DNA of 17,281 nt from an uncultured archaeon (GTDB lineage: Archaea > Asgardarchaeota > Lokiarchaeia > Helarchaeales > HEL-GB-B), in contig CAZYEE010000024.1 in assembly GCA_964646355.1 (NCBI GenBank), forward strand, positions 5,512-22,792, written 5' to 3'. Positions 15,971-17,281 of the stretch are shown piece after piece. The notes under the pieces were generated by a model. That model saw only the letters and a program-made list of their open reading frames with translations. It was not told where the DNA came from and ran no database searches. Each line of letters begins with the position of its first letter. Within the stretch, counting starts at the first letter, position 1. The position numbers were made by a program, and so were the translations under genes.

Positions 15971-16776
15971 TGTATTTGTACAAAACAATTATTATTGGTG
16001 GAACAGGTGGAATGGGTAGATTAATTGCACAGACCTTTAAAGATGAATTGGATATTTATATAAGTAGTAGAGATACAAATAAAGCTAAAAAGGTGGCTAA
16101 CGAATTAAATGTAAATTATTGCTCCGAAAAAGATTATTATGATGCTGATATTATTCTTATTTCAGTACCAATGGACAAAACACTCGAAAACTGTACTAAA
16201 GTAATTCCCCTTATGAAGGACGGAGCATTACTAATGGAAATCTCCTCTGTAAAAACTGGAATAGTCGATCAACTTAAAATCCCTGATAATATTGAATATA
16301 TAAGCGTTCATCCATTATTCGGACCTATGGGGAGCTTCTTGGATCAAAATGTCGTATTAATTCCCGTTAAAACTAAAAAATGGTTGAATATTATAAAAAA
16401 ATTGCTGGAAAAAAAGGGGAGCCAAGTTTCTATAGTTTCCTATAAAGAACATGATAAGATTATGGGTAATGTTCAAGTTATACATCATTTTTCATACCTA
16501 TGTTTGGGTGTATATCTATCCGAAAATTTCGTACCAAAAGAATTCTTTACCAGATCTTATAAAAAAACTGTAGACTCCTTCAAAAATTATGAACAAAACC
16601 TTAAAATCATGATTGAAATACAAAAATTAAATCCTTATTCAAGAATGGTCCGTAAAAAATTTGCCGAACTTGTTAATGAATTGGCAGAATTACCAGAAGA
16701 ATTATTTGAGAAAAAGATAATTGAAAGTCTTTCAAAGTTATATGCTCATTATACTAACGAATATCTACCAGATTAA
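15970..16776 (+). CDS. tyrA: Prephenate dehydrogenase (TyrA family), with no fused chorismate mutase or ACT domain
   Basis: The N-terminal Rossmann motif is IIIGGTGGMG. The motifs SVHPLFGP and HDKIMGNVQVIHH are typical of TyrA. The start is ambiguous among GTG 15967, ATG 15970 (overlapping the aroC TGA) and TTG 15976. An AGGTGA at 15965-15970 could act as the SD for the TTG. Confidence 0.8.
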   Translation: MYLYKTIIIGGTGGMGRLIAQTFKDELDIYISSRDTNKAKKVANELNVNYCSEKDYYDADIILISVPMDKTLENCTKVIPLMKDGALLMEISSVKTGIVDQLKIPDNIEYISVHPLFGPMGSFLDQNVVLIPVKTKKWLNIIKKLLEKKGSQVSIVSYKEHDKIMGNVQVIHHFSYLCLGVYLSENFVPKEFFTRSYKKTVDSFKNYEQNLKIMIEIQKLNPYSRMVRKKFAELVNELAELPEELFEKKIIESLSKLYAHYTNEYLPD

Positions 16777-16777
16777 T

Positions 16778-17179
16778 TTATTTGATAAAATTTACTGTCT
16801 CAGCTCCCCCACTCTCTAATAGAATATCCTTAATCTTCTCCAAATTCTCTTTACAATTTGAAATATCAGCTATTATATACCATTGAGCTATCTTTTTCCT
16901 CTGTATTATTCGAGATTCCCCTAATAAAAGATCTATTTTTAATTCAGCAAGCGTATTTGCGATTTTTGCAAGCGACCCCGGAAAATCACGCATGGTAATA
17001 ACTATAGTCAACGTCTTAGCATTAGGATCCGCAAACGGGACCATTTTAATCTCTTTATGATCTATATCAGAACTAATTAATAAATACATACCTTGTATTA
17101 ATCCCAATGATTCTCTAATCGTCTTTGGAATGACTATTCTAAACCTTTCATCTATTCTTACAATTTCACTTAATTTCAT
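16778..17179 (-). CDS. AbrB/SpoVT (swapped-hairpin) DNA-binding domain fused to an ACT domain; putative amino-acid-responsive regulator
   Basis: The N-terminus VRIDERFRIVIPKTIRESLGLIQGMYLLI matches the AbrB/MazE-type signature (GR-x-x-IPK-x-IR). The C-terminal part, LTIVITMRDFPGSLAKIANTLAELKIDLL, matches the ACT beta-alpha-beta motif (D-x-P-G-x-L). The gene converges on tyrA. Confidence 0.7.
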   Translation of the reverse strand: MKLSEIVRIDERFRIVIPKTIRESLGLIQGMYLLISSDIDHKEIKMVPFADPNAKTLTIVITMRDFPGSLAKIANTLAELKIDLLLGESRIIQRKKIAQWYIIADISNCKENLEKIKDILLESGGAETVNFIK

Positions 17180-17281
17180 TGTTAATAATTCCCTTCATTT
17201 AATATTTACTTGTTAAAATTATTATTATTAAATTTGTAATATAAATCTTTTATGATTTTGTTTCTTAAATATATACTATAT

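Overview
This is a low-GC archaeal chromosomal segment. The archaeal call rests on MCM, a Psf2-like GINS subunit, an archaeal-type PPAT and the ADH-synthase/DHQS-II entry into the shikimate pathway. The Asn/Lys/Ile-rich proteins and Roadblock-fold genes fit an Asgard (Lokiarchaeia-like) or other AT-rich archaeon, but lineage cannot be settled from this window.

Layout:
- Minus strand, 127-5500: PPAT, a stand-alone Roadblock/LC7 protein, and an MCM helicase gene interrupted in frame by a 677-aa intein (nt 2366-4396).
- 5.7-7.8 kb: an uncharacterised islet. It holds a TTG-start polytopic membrane protein, an acidic 120-aa protein, a possible 54-aa ORF missing from the ORF track, and about 940 bp with no ORF-track gene.
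- Plus strand, 7833-9375: a 307-aa protein that reads as Roadblock-like plus DENN-type-longin-like plus a helical tail, followed by a Gins23 (Psf2-like) gene.
- 9479-16776: a tightly packed operon encoding all seven steps to chorismate in exact pathway order (aroA', aroB', aroD, aroE, aroK, aroA, aroC), followed by tyrA.
- 16778-17179, convergent: an AbrB/SpoVT-ACT fusion gene.

No rRNA, tRNA, CRISPR array or transposase was seen. The best leads are the Roadblock-longin-like protein beside GINS, the oversized and apparently degenerate MCM intein, the AbrB-ACT candidate regulator, and the mixed archaeal/bacterial make-up of the aro operon.
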